A stretch of DNA of 64,000 nt from Pelagibacteraceae bacterium (GCA_022763425.1 JALEGD010000001.1:508572-572571); one strand, 5' to 3'. Positions 44,472 through 53,205 are shown, counted from the first letter of the stretch. Notes: a model not told the origin generated them from the sequence alone. Program-made: numbers and translations.

Positions 44472-45677
44472 ATGACAAAAAAACTTAAGATTAATTCAAG
44501 CAGAAGAAATTTCCTTGCTGGATCAGCTACAGTTGCAGGAGCAGCTGCTGCAGCTTCAGTAATGCCAATTTCTATTGCTAATGCAAACCATAATGAGTCT
44601 GGTTCTAAAGGCTTGCCGTCTTGGACAAGTTGGAAAAAAAGAAGTGCGTTAATTATTCACTCGGATAAAGGAATGGAAACGCACCGTGATGCAATTGGAA
44701 ACAGTGTAATCACACCTTTAAGACACGTTTACATTAGAAATAACATGCCAACGATGAGCGATGCTCAAATTGGTAATAGAAATAATTGGAAGTTAAGAGT
44801 TGAGGGAGTTAAAAATCCTAAAACTTATACACTTGCGCAGTTAAAACAATTAGCTCAAATAACAGAGACAACTATTCTTCAGTGTTCTGGAAATGGAAGA
44901 GGTTTCTTTGCACACAAGCCGAGAGGTTCTCAGTGGGAAACTGGTGCCGCAGCTTGTTTAGTTTGGACTGGTTGTCCAGTATCTGCAATTGTTAAGGATT
45001 GTGGTGGAGTCGCGAGTGGAGCAAAGTTTATGACTGCAACAGGTGCAGACATGCCAAAACAACTTGATCCTAAAAAAGCTCTAGTTGAAAGATCAGTACC
45101 AATAAAAGCGCATAAAGATGCTTTTGTGGCTTGGGAAGTTAACGGCGTTAATATACCTAACTCTCATGGTGGTCCTTTAAGAATGATCACTCCTGGTTAT
45201 TTTGGTATCAACAATGTTAAACACATTGGAAAATTAAATTTCACTGCTAAAGAATCTAGCGTGAAATATATGAAATCAAGTTACAGAATTTCACCAATTG
45301 GAAAAAAAGGATCTCAATATCCTTCTTGTTGGGAAATGCCTGTAAAATCTTGGATCACATCACCAATGAAAAGTGCAAAATCAGGAAATGTTGTAATTTC
45401 CGGTGTTGCTTTTGGTGGAACAAGAAAAGCTTCTGGAGTTAAAGTTTCAGTTGATGGAGGAAAATCTTGGAAGAAAGCTAAATTTACGGGTCCTGATATG
45501 GGTAAATTTGCTTGGAGAAGATTTGTTCTTGAAACAAAACTTAAACCAGGTAGCTACAAAATCGTAAGTAAAGCTTCTGCTGGAGGAAAATCTCAACCGA
45601 AAGTGAGAATGGAAAACAGAAGAGGTTATGCTCATAACGGTTGGTTAGACCATGGCTTGGATATTACAGTTTCGTAA
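44472..45677 (+). CDS. sorA: Sulfite dehydrogenase (SorA-type) molybdopterin subunit, Tat-exported
   Basis: Twin-arginine signal 'SRRNFLAGSATVAGAAAAA', the Mo-ligand Cys block 'ILQCSGNGR', and 'GGPLRM..PG', typical of the sulfite oxidase family. Confidence 0.85.
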   Translation: MTKKLKINSSRRNFLAGSATVAGAAAAASVMPISIANANHNESGSKGLPSWTSWKKRSALIIHSDKGMETHRDAIGNSVITPLRHVYIRNNMPTMSDAQIGNRNNWKLRVEGVKNPKTYTLAQLKQLAQITETTILQCSGNGRGFFAHKPRGSQWETGAAACLVWTGCPVSAIVKDCGGVASGAKFMTATGADMPKQLDPKKALVERSVPIKAHKDAFVAWEVNGVNIPNSHGGPLRMITPGYFGINNVKHIGKLNFTAKESSVKYMKSSYRISPIGKKGSQYPSCWEMPVKSWITSPMKSAKSGNVVISGVAFGGTRKASGVKVSVDGGKSWKKAKFTGPDMGKFAWRRFVLETKLKPGSYKIVSKASAGGKSQPKVRMENRRGYAHNGWLDHGLDITVS

Positions 45678-45990
45678 TATTACATTAGCATCCTTATTCA
45701 TCGTTTCTATAACATCATCCCAATCATGGGGTGATGTTATGAAACAAGGTATGGAAATATTTAATGAAAAAGCAGGATGTGCTGCTTGTCATGTTTTAAA
45801 ACATGCAGGATCTCAAGGTAACATTGGTCCAAACTTAGATATGTCAAAAGACTCTAAAAATGTCGCATATGTAAAAGACATGGTTCAGAATGGTCTTGGT
45901 GTAATGCCGGCATTTGGTGAAGACGGAATACTCACACCTGAAGAAGTTGATATCGTATCAAATTATGTTGCAAAAGTTGCAGGAAAGTAG
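45652..45990 (+). CDS. sorB: Monohaem c-type cytochrome, SorB-like electron acceptor
   Basis: Signal peptide, haem site 'CAACH' and distal 'GVMPAF'. It overlaps the sorA 3' end by 26 nt. Confidence 0.8.
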   Translation: MAWILQFRNITLASLFIVSITSSQSWGDVMKQGMEIFNEKAGCAACHVLKHAGSQGNIGPNLDMSKDSKNVAYVKDMVQNGLGVMPAFGEDGILTPEEVDIVSNYVAKVAGK

Positions 45991-46002
45991 ATAAGTAAAT
46001 CA

Positions 46003-46197
46003 ATGATGGAAATTTTAAATATGGGTGGTTACGCAGCATTTGTTTGGCCAGCTTATTTTTTCGCACTAGGATTAACATTCTTTTTATACAAAAGATCAGT
46101 AAAGCAGCTAGTCAAAGCTGAAAAAACAGCAAAAGACCTAGGTTTAATTGAAGAAAAATCTAGAGAGATTGTTTTAGATCAAAAACAATCAGCTTAA
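46003..46197 (+). CDS. ccmD: Haem exporter protein D (CcmD-like)
   Basis: 64 aa with 'MGGYAAFVWPAYFFALGLTFFLY.R', matching the CcmD single-TM signature. Confidence 0.65.
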   Translation: MMEILNMGGYAAFVWPAYFFALGLTFFLYKRSVKQLVKAEKTAKDLGLIEEKSREIVLDQKQSA

Positions 46198-46340
46198 GCT
46201 TTTTTTTGTTTTTTATTGGATTTATTATTTTTATTATAAACGACTTTTGTATTCCTCTTTTCAAGAGTATTAAAAATTTCCTTATTTTTAAAAAACTCTA
46301 TTTCTTCACGAGTTAATTTCACTGAAGGTCTTAATTTCAT
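46194..46340 (-). CDS. 48-aa highly basic ORF with bL36-like termini (not in ORF track)
   Basis: Hand translation gives MKLRPSVKLTREEIEFFKNKEIFNTLEKRNTKVVYNKNNKSNKKQKKA*. Compare the N-terminus with L36 'MKVRPSVK' and the C-terminus with alphaproteobacterial L36 'KVYVINKKNPR.KA.QG'. The middle is longer and acidic, and there is no terminal QG. Confidence 0.25.
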   Translation of the reverse strand: MKLRPSVKLTREEIEFFKNKEIFNTLEKRNTKVVYNKNNKSNKKQKKA

Positions 46341-46414
46341 AAATCGAAAATAACAATTTAGATTTAAAAATTAAAATATATTTAAAATTAATTTACCCGA
46401 TTTGAGTGCAACTT

Positions 46415-47161
46415 TTAATTGATAAATATTTTATAAAACATCCTAATTGCTACGAACAATACTACCGCAGATGTTATTAATGCCAAGATACGAGTTGGTA
46501 AAATTTTTATATTTATAAAATTTCCTACTTGACCCCCAACCAAAACTGCAATTAAGAGTGGCCAATATTCTAAAACATAATTTAGAGTTTCATTTTTTGT
46601 CAGTTGACCAAAAACACCTGCAATAGAATTAATTAATATAAATATAGATGCTGTAGTTATAATATCTTTTGGTTTAGCAGCACGTATTAAAAATAAAATT
46701 GGACTTAAGAATATCCCACCTCCAATTCCAACTACACCAGAAATAAAACCTAATGTACCACCTATTAATAATGAAATAACAAAAGGTATATTTCTATATT
46801 TTTTGTCATCATCATATGATTTAAAATTAACTAATAATAATAAACCAGCAATTGATAGAACAATAAAAAGCAAGATTTCAAAAATATCTTTTTCAATAGC
46901 TAGCGATCCACCTAGGTAGGCCAGTGGAACAGATCCGATCAAATAAGGAACAATCAATTTAAGATTTAAGTTACCAGCTCTTGTGTAGTTAATGCAGTTT
47001 CCCAAAACTACAATGATGTTACAACATAGAGCGATAACTGGAAAAACTGTAAACGGCACTCCCCACAACAATAATAATGCTAAGTAAGTTGATCCACCTC
47101 CAAACCCGACGCTTGAGTAAATACAGGCTGTGATTAAAAATAATATTGTTAAAATTATCAT
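46415..47161 (-). CDS. TauE/SafE (DUF81) family anion permease
   Basis: 248 aa, about 8 TM, with two internal 'GFGGGS'/'GIGGGIFL' repeats typical of TauE/SafE. ATGA overlap with the upstream methyltransferase. Confidence 0.8.
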   Translation of the reverse strand: MIILTILFLITACIYSSVGFGGGSTYLALLLLWGVPFTVFPVIALCCNIIVVLGNCINYTRAGNLNLKLIVPYLIGSVPLAYLGGSLAIEKDIFEILLFIVLSIAGLLLLVNFKSYDDDKKYRNIPFVISLLIGGTLGFISGVVGIGGGIFLSPILFLIRAAKPKDIITTASIFILINSIAGVFGQLTKNETLNYVLEYWPLLIAVLVGGQVGNFINIKILPTRILALITSAVVLFVAIRMFYKIFIN

Positions 47162-48057
47162 CTTAAATCCTGAAGTTTAGATATATGTGAAGGTGAAATT
47201 TCACAACAACCTCCTAAAAGTTTAGCACCAAAATTTAAAAATTCTTTGGAAATTGTTTTAAATTTTTCAAGATTTAAATCTTCATTTTTTCCAAGCGTAA
47301 TGACCGGATTTGATCCATCCGGCTTCCAACCTTCGGGTATATCTTTAAAAGCATTAACTTTAAAACCAAAAGGTAAACTTAAGTTTTTAAAATCATTTTT
47401 TATTGAAATTATATCTTCATAACTTACACACGAGCCAGTTATTGCAAGTGGGTTATATCTGTTTAATTTTTTAACAACATCAATGAACTTTTCTCCAGAT
47501 GGAAGAAGGCCGTTTTTTTTAAAATAAATTCCAATAATAAATGGTTTGTTAAATTCCTTAATTGATTGAATTGCTATTTCACATTCCTCTAAACTACTCA
47601 TGACATCTAAATAAAATAAATCTACACCGTTGTTTAGAATTTTAGCTTGGTCATGAAAGTTTTTTTCGATTAATTTTTTATCATCTCCCAGGTCTGAAAC
47701 ATAAGTAAAATTCTGAGGCGGTAAGCTGCCAGCAATAATAATTTTTTTTCCTGATTTTTTTACTGCTTGTTCTGCAATTTTTAAAGCTGTTAAGTTTAAA
47801 TTGTTAAATTCACTTAATAGATTATTTTCTTCCAATCTTCTTCTTCTCGATCCAAAAGTATTTGTTAAAATTATTTCAGCGCCAGCATTGATAAAATCTA
47901 AATGACAATCAAGAAGGATATTATGATATTCTTTTTTAAGTAATGCGGTAGTAGACCATAAATTCGAAACAGGCTTTACACCTCTAGCTAGTAATTCTTG
48001 ACCAACACCACCGTCTAGTATCCTGAACTTTTGAAAGAAATCATGATTTATTTGCAT
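47158..48057 (-). CDS. Homocysteine S-methyltransferase family protein (BHMT/MmuM-like)
   Basis: Pfam S-methyl_trans pattern: 'ILDGGVGQEL', 'TNTF', and the Zn-site 'GSCV...' and 'GGCCEISPSHI'. Confidence 0.85.
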   Translation of the reverse strand: MQINHDFFQKFRILDGGVGQELLARGVKPVSNLWSTTALLKKEYHNILLDCHLDFINAGAEIILTNTFGSRRRRLEENNLLSEFNNLNLTALKIAEQAVKKSGKKIIIAGSLPPQNFTYVSDLGDDKKLIEKNFHDQAKILNNGVDLFYLDVMSSLEECEIAIQSIKEFNKPFIIGIYFKKNGLLPSGEKFIDVVKKLNRYNPLAITGSCVSYEDIISIKNDFKNLSLPFGFKVNAFKDIPEGWKPDGSNPVITLGKNEDLNLEKFKTISKEFLNFGAKLLGGCCEISPSHISKLQDLR

Positions 48058-48107
48058 TAGTTCATGAATACTATTGAAATATTAAAAAGTATAACTATTT
48101 AACGGCC

Positions 48108-48683
48108 ATGAATATTTTACATATAGACTCAAGTGCAAGAAAAGCTGAGTCAATTTCAAGAAAACTCGCGAACGATTTAGTTAAAAAGATAAAAACAGAA
48201 AAAGATCAATTAGTTTATAGAGACATATCTAGTAATATACCATTTGTAGCAGGCATTAAAGGAGCGGGCTTTATAATTCCTGAAGAAGAAAGAACTGAAC
48301 AGGATAAAGAGTTATTTAAATTTTCAGACGAGCTAGTCGATGAATTATTAGCTGCAGACACAATTGTAATTTCAACGCCGATTTATAATTTTGGACCCCC
48401 AGCAGCTGCCAAAGCTTGGTTTGATCTAGTTGCAAGGGCAGGAAGAACTTTTAAATATGAGCCTACTGGCCCAATTGGCTTGATAGGTGGAGGTAAAAAA
48501 GTTTATTTAGTAGTTACTTCAGGTGGAGTTCCAGTCGGTAGTCCGGTAGATTTTTGTACACCATGGTTTAAGCAAGCATTAAATTTTTTAGGTATTTCTG
48601 AAATCGAAATTATTGACTCATCTCAATTAAATATAAATGATGATAATTTAAAAAAAGCACAGGAGAAAATAAACAATTTATGA
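48108..48683 (+). CDS. azoR: FMN-dependent NADH-azoreductase
   Basis: Motifs 'ILHIDSS' and 'ISTPIYNFGPPAAAKAWFDLVARAGRTFKY', collinear with E. coli AzoR. Confidence 0.88.
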   Translation: MNILHIDSSARKAESISRKLANDLVKKIKTEKDQLVYRDISSNIPFVAGIKGAGFIIPEEERTEQDKELFKFSDELVDELLAADTIVISTPIYNFGPPAAAKAWFDLVARAGRTFKYEPTGPIGLIGGGKKVYLVVTSGGVPVGSPVDFCTPWFKQALNFLGISEIEIIDSSQLNINDDNLKKAQEKINNL

Positions 48684-49381
48684 TTAATGTAATTAAATAT
48701 GAAGATCTAGGTGGAGCAGACCACGGATGGTTAAAAGCTAAACATCATTTTAGTTTTGCAAGTTATAAGGATCCAAACAGAGTAAGATTTGGTCCAATGA
48801 GAGTTATTAATGATGATGTTGTGGGCCCCAAAACTGGTTTTGATCCACATCCACATGACAATATGGAAATAATTACTTATGTCAGAAAAGGAGCGATTAC
48901 CCACAAAGATGATATGGGTAATGAAGGCAAAACTGGCGCTGGTGATGTTCAGGTTATGTCCGCTGGAACTGGAGTTGTTCATTCAGAATATAATTTAGAA
49001 GATGAGGATACAAATCTTTATCAAATTTGGATGTTTCCAAATAAAAAAAATGTAAAACCAAGATGGGATGCAAAAAAATTTCCCAAAGAACCAGTTGAAG
49101 GGCAACTAAAACCTTTAGTTACTGGTTTTGATAACAATCATTCAGACTCGTTAAAAATTCATCAAGACGCTGTAATTTATGCAGGAAGAGTAAACAAAGG
49201 TAAAAGCGTAAAACAAACTATCGATAGAGATCAAGCTTATGTATTATGCTCGCAAGGAAAAATTAAAATTAATGATACTGAAATTAAAAAAGGCGATGGT
49301 GCAGAAATTACCGAGTTAAAAGATGTTGAAATAACATCTTTAGAAGATAGTGAAATTTTATTTATTGATCTTCCAAGATAA
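48680..49381 (+). CDS. Pirin-family cupin protein
   Basis: Motifs 'HHFSFA.Y', 'GF.PHPH.NMEIITYV..G...H.D..GN' and 'GD.QVMSAG.G..HSE'. Confidence 0.88.
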   Translation: MINVIKYEDLGGADHGWLKAKHHFSFASYKDPNRVRFGPMRVINDDVVGPKTGFDPHPHDNMEIITYVRKGAITHKDDMGNEGKTGAGDVQVMSAGTGVVHSEYNLEDEDTNLYQIWMFPNKKNVKPRWDAKKFPKEPVEGQLKPLVTGFDNNHSDSLKIHQDAVIYAGRVNKGKSVKQTIDRDQAYVLCSQGKIKINDTEIKKGDGAEITELKDVEITSLEDSEILFIDLPR

Positions 49382-49404
49382 TTTTTTAATAGTATAAATA
49401 CTTC

Positions 49405-49932
49405 ATGCCAATTGATAGTACTAAAGAGTTTAAGCCAATAAATATTTCAGTTTTAACAATTTCAGATACTAGAACTGAGGCTACTGATAAATCCGGCCAA
49501 ATTTTAGCAAAGAAAATCAAAGAAAAGGGTCATGGGTTATCTCATAAGCAAATTGTTAAAGATGACAAAGATGATATTAAAAAAATTCTTTTAGAGTGGT
49601 GTAATGATAAAAATGTAGATGTCATTTTAACTACTGGTGGAACGGGGTTAACGGGTAGAGATACTACTCCTGAGGCATTAGAAGAAATTAAAGATAAAGA
49701 TATCCCAGGATTTGGTGAATTATTTAGATTAATTAGTTATAAAAAAATTGGCGCCTCAACAATACAATCAAGAGCAATGGCAGTACTTGCAAAAGGCACT
49801 TATGTTTTTGCGTTACCAGGTTCATCTGGTGCAGTAACTGATGCATGGGAAGATATATTAAAATTTCAATTAGACTCTAGATTTGCCCCATGTAATTTTA
49901 TTGAGTTAATTCCCAGACTTAACGAAAAATAA
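49405..49932 (+). CDS. moaB: MoaB/MogA-family molybdenum cofactor biosynthesis protein
   Basis: Motifs 'ISVLTISDTR' and 'ILTTGGTGLTGRDTTPEA'. Confidence 0.85.
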   Translation: MPIDSTKEFKPINISVLTISDTRTEATDKSGQILAKKIKEKGHGLSHKQIVKDDKDDIKKILLEWCNDKNVDVILTTGGTGLTGRDTTPEALEEIKDKDIPGFGELFRLISYKKIGASTIQSRAMAVLAKGTYVFALPGSSGAVTDAWEDILKFQLDSRFAPCNFIELIPRLNEK

Positions 49933-49969
49933 GTTTATAAAATTTAAAGATTTAGCTTGTGTTATAATA

Positions 49970-49991
49970 ATGTTATGTTATAACATAACAT
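49970..49991. promoter_or_regulatory. Perfect 22-bp palindrome, Zur/Fur-box-like operator
   Basis: ATGTTATGTTA|TAACATAACAT ends at the base before the zur ATG. The core TGTTATAACA matches the alphaproteobacterial Zur-box core as I recall it. Extra 'TGTTATAA' half-sites lie just upstream (49960-49975). Confidence 0.65.
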
Positions 49992-50357
49992 ATGAATTCA
50001 GATATTGTGTTAAATATAATAAAAAAAAGCAAAAAAAATCTTACAGCCTATGAGATTCTTGAAAAATTTGAAAAAATAAAAAAAGTAAAACCAATGACAG
50101 TTTATCGAGCTTTAAATTCATTAATAGAGGAAGGTTTAATTCATAAGTCTAATCAAAATAAAACTTTTGTTTTATGCAAACATAATCATGGTTCAAAACA
50201 CAATCCAGCTCTAGCCATATGTAAAAAATGTGGAGATACAGACGAAATAAGATCAGATATTTTCTTAAATTTATTTAAAAAATATAAATTAAAAAATTTT
50301 GACTTTGACAATTTTGAAATTGAAGTATCTGCATTATGCAGATCTTGTGTTAACTAG
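49992..50357 (+). CDS. zur: Fur-family transcriptional regulator, probably Zur
   Basis: 121 aa with wHTH 'LTAYEILEKF......MTVYRALNSLIEEGLIHK', then 'CKHNHGSKH......CKKCG' and the C-terminal 'CRSC' metal sites. Confidence 0.75.
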   Translation: MNSDIVLNIIKKSKKNLTAYEILEKFEKIKKVKPMTVYRALNSLIEEGLIHKSNQNKTFVLCKHNHGSKHNPALAICKKCGDTDEIRSDIFLNLFKKYKLKNFDFDNFEIEVSALCRSCVN

Positions 50358-50359
50358 TT

Positions 50360-50752
50360 ATGGAACATTCTCATCAATTACCTGAGTTTTTACATATTTT
50401 AGAAGAATTTGACATTTTAAGAGGTTTTATATTTGGTTTAGTTCATACCATTATTCCTCTTGTTGGATATTATTCAGGTTGGAGCATAAATCGAATGCTT
50501 AAAATTATCTCCAATGGTTATATTGCAGGACTTGTGGGGGTAGTGCTTGCCCATGTTATTGCAGATTTTATTGCTGCAACTTTGGATCCTCATTTAAAGT
50601 CAGCTGCAATAGGGATTGTCTTGGGTGGTCTAGCACCTTTAACTCTTATTCCTTTGTTAGAAAAGTATATTGTTAAAAGCAAACACCACATTGTTGTTGG
50701 TGATCATGAGGATGTAAAAAAAGATTTACAAGAAAAGCACAAGCACAAATAA
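50360..50752 (+). CDS. Small His-rich integral membrane protein of unknown function (zur-linked)
   Basis: 130 aa, about 3 TM, with a His-rich N-terminus 'MEHSHQLPEFLH' and C-terminus 'KSKHHIVVGDHEDVKKDLQEKHKHK'. It starts 2 nt after the zur stop. Confidence 0.6.
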   Translation: MEHSHQLPEFLHILEEFDILRGFIFGLVHTIIPLVGYYSGWSINRMLKIISNGYIAGLVGVVLAHVIADFIAATLDPHLKSAAIGIVLGGLAPLTLIPLLEKYIVKSKHHIVVGDHEDVKKDLQEKHKHK

Positions 50753-51817
50753 TTATACTATTCTTTTTTCTCTTTCGCTTTCTGTTTTAAGCTGACCGCA
50801 AGCTCCTAGAATATCTTTGCCCCTTGATTTTCTTAAAGTAACGATATGACCATTATTCTTTATGATTTCTATAAATTTAGCCGTTTGTTCTTCGGTTGAA
50901 GGTAAATATTTTACACCAGGCCAAGGATTGAATTGAATAAGATTAAGTTTGCTTGGAAATCTAGACATAATTTTTGAGAGTTCTTTTGCGCATTTTTCAC
51001 TATCATTGATGTCTTTTAGTAGCACATATTCGATAAATATTTTTTCACCATTTTTTTTTGCATATTCGTTACAATTATTAATAATATCTTGAATATTATA
51101 TTTTTTATTAATTGGCATAATTGTATTCCTAATTTCATCATTTGATGCATGCAAAGATAAAGCTAAATAAGTTCCTATTTCATCAGCTGCTTTTTTTATA
51201 TTTGGAGATATTCCAGAAGTTGAAACAGTAATTTTTTTATTTGAAAAATTAAGACCGTTTTCGTCTTTTAAAATCTCAACTGATTTTTTTATATTTTCAA
51301 AATTATAAAATGGTTCACCCATGCCCATATAAACAATATTGTTAATTTTTTTTTGTTCTTTCCAATCATTCAATTCATCTTTTGCAATCAAGATTTGACA
51401 AATAATTTCATTTGATGATAAGTTTTTTACAAGCGGTTGGATACCCGTATGACAGAATTTACAATTTAAAGTACATCCTACTTGTGAAGAAATACAAAGA
51501 GTGGCATGAGTTTCAGATGGTATGTAGACTGTTTCAACTAAATTTTTATCATTTAACTCCAATAACCATTTGATAGTTCCATCTTTTGATACTTGCTTAT
51601 TTTTAATTTTAGGTCTTGATATAACTAGATCTTTTGAAAGCTCTTCCTTAAATTTTGATGGTAGATTTGAGAATAATTTAAAATCAGAATACCCCTTTTG
51701 ATAAAAAAACTTCCATAATTGGTTAGCTCTCATTGAAGAGTTTTTTTTATCTAAATTTAATTGATTAACTAAAAATTGTTTGAGATCTTGATAATTAAGA
51801 TCTGAAATATGATGCAT
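50753..51817 (-). CDS. rlmN: 23S rRNA/tRNA adenine-C2 methyltransferase (radical SAM)
   Basis: Motifs 'CISSQVGCTLNCKFCHTG', 'NIVYMGMGEP' and 'ACGQL'. Confidence 0.93.
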   Translation of the reverse strand: MHHISDLNYQDLKQFLVNQLNLDKKNSSMRANQLWKFFYQKGYSDFKLFSNLPSKFKEELSKDLVISRPKIKNKQVSKDGTIKWLLELNDKNLVETVYIPSETHATLCISSQVGCTLNCKFCHTGIQPLVKNLSSNEIICQILIAKDELNDWKEQKKINNIVYMGMGEPFYNFENIKKSVEILKDENGLNFSNKKITVSTSGISPNIKKAADEIGTYLALSLHASNDEIRNTIMPINKKYNIQDIINNCNEYAKKNGEKIFIEYVLLKDINDSEKCAKELSKIMSRFPSKLNLIQFNPWPGVKYLPSTEEQTAKFIEIIKNNGHIVTLRKSRGKDILGACGQLKTESEREKRIV

Positions 51818-51820
51818 GTA

Positions 51821-52066
51821 TTATTTTTGGAACTTATCTTTCCATTCAGAGTAAGGCATTCCATAAATCATTTCTCTAGAATCTGGATCAGAGATTTCAA
51901 TACCCTTTTTTTCAGCTTCTTCCCTGAACCACTTAGATAAGCAGTTTCTACAAAAGCCAGCTAAATTCATGAGATCTATGTTTTGAACATCTTTTCTCTC
52001 TCTCAAATGATTAACAAGTCTTTCAAATGCTTGTGATTGAATTTCTTTTTTTGTAGCTTCATCCAT
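51821..52066 (-). CDS. DUF1244-family protein
   Basis: Motif 'AFERLV.HL..R.DVQNIDLMNLAGFCRNCLSKW'. The ATG at 52066 is preferred over the track start at 52120, which would overlap coxG. Confidence 0.7.
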   Translation of the reverse strand: MDEATKKEIQSQAFERLVNHLRERKDVQNIDLMNLAGFCRNCLSKWFREEAEKKGIEISDPDSREMIYGMPYSEWKDKFQK

Positions 52067-52089
52067 AAAAATAATTATAAGAAGTTTTA

Positions 52090-52647
52090 ATGAAATTAAC
52101 AGGTTCTTATAAAATTCCAACTGATAAACAGACTGTTTGGAACGCGCTTAATGACCCTGAGATATTGCAAAAGTGTATACCTGGGTGCGAAGAATTTAAA
52201 AAAAATTCAGACACAAGTTTTACTGCAACGGCTACTAATAAAATCGGTCCATTTAATGCAAGTTTTACAGGTGACGTTGAACTTCAAGATCTCGATCCAC
52301 CAAATAGTTATAAATTAGTAGGACAAGGAAATTCTCCAGTAGGTTTTGCATCTGGCGAAGCAAAAGTTACTTTGTCAGAAGACGCAGGGTTTACTGTTTT
52401 AACTTATGATGTTGAAGCAAACGTAGGTGGGAAAATTGCACAAGTTGGCGGTAGATTAATTGATATGACTGCAAAAAAAATGGCTGATATTTTTTTTGGA
52501 AAATTCTCTGAAACTATCTCTCCTGAAAAAGAGAGTTCAGAACAATCACTTGAAGCCAAAAGTGATAAAAAAGGAATTAATAAAAAATTAATTTATGCTG
52601 TATCAGCAATAGTCATGATAGGCGCAATTATACTGGCCTTTTTGTAA
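52090..52647 (+). CDS. coxG: CoxG-like SRPBCC protein with C-terminal membrane anchor
   Basis: Motif 'MKLTGSYKIP.....VW.ALNDPE.L..CIPGCE', typical of CoxG; terminal TM 'LIYAVSAIVMIGAIILAFL'. Confidence 0.8.
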   Translation: MKLTGSYKIPTDKQTVWNALNDPEILQKCIPGCEEFKKNSDTSFTATATNKIGPFNASFTGDVELQDLDPPNSYKLVGQGNSPVGFASGEAKVTLSEDAGFTVLTYDVEANVGGKIAQVGGRLIDMTAKKMADIFFGKFSETISPEKESSEQSLEAKSDKKGINKKLIYAVSAIVMIGAIILAFL

Positions 52648-52726
52648 TCAACTCATAATTGAATTTTTTTCTTACTATTGTTTTTATCTGCTTTTTTTGA
52701 GAAGATGTTTCTAACAGGGGGGATTA

Positions 52727-53188
52727 ATGGCAAAAGTTACATTAACTGTTAATGGTAAAAAAGTAGAAAAAGACGTAGCTGATAATACATTATTAGTTTC
52801 ATTTATTAGAGATAATCTAAATTTAACGGGTACACATGTTGGCTGTGATACTAGCCAATGCGGAGCGTGTGTAGTTCACGTGAATGGTAAATCTGTAAAA
52901 AGCTGTGCAATGTTTGCTGTTGACGCTAATGGTTCAGAGGTGACAACTATAGAAGGATTGGAAAAGGATGGCAAGTTACATCCTCTTCAGGAGTCTTTCA
53001 AAAAGCACCATGGTTTGCAATGTGGATATTGTACCCCGGGGATGGTTATGAGTTCAATTGATTTATTAAAAACTCACAAAAATCCATCTGAAGAAGAAAT
53101 TAGAAAAGGTTTAGAAGGTAACATTTGTAGATGTACAGGTTACCAAAACATTATTGCATCAGTTAAAGGTGCAATTGGAAAAGTTTAA
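52727..53188 (+). CDS. coxS: Molybdo-flavoprotein dehydrogenase small subunit, [2Fe-2S]x2 (CoxS-type)
   Basis: Motifs '[12 protein letters not shown]', 'SC' and 'QCGYCTPG....NICRCTGY'. Confidence 0.92.
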   Translation: MAKVTLTVNGKKVEKDVADNTLLVSFIRDNLNLTGTHVGCDTSQCGACVVHVNGKSVKSCAMFAVDANGSEVTTIEGLEKDGKLHPLQESFKKHHGLQCGYCTPGMVMSSIDLLKTHKNPSEEEIRKGLEGNICRCTGYQNIIASVKGAIGKV

Positions 53189-53205
53189 CAAAAGGAGAAA
53201 TAAAA

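Noticed and set aside
48058-48107. A SAM-type riboswitch upstream of the homocysteine methyltransferase, as reported for bhmT in some Pelagibacter genomes.
   Set aside because: The spacer to the divergent azoR gene is only 50 nt and shows no stable pairing, so it is too short for such an element.
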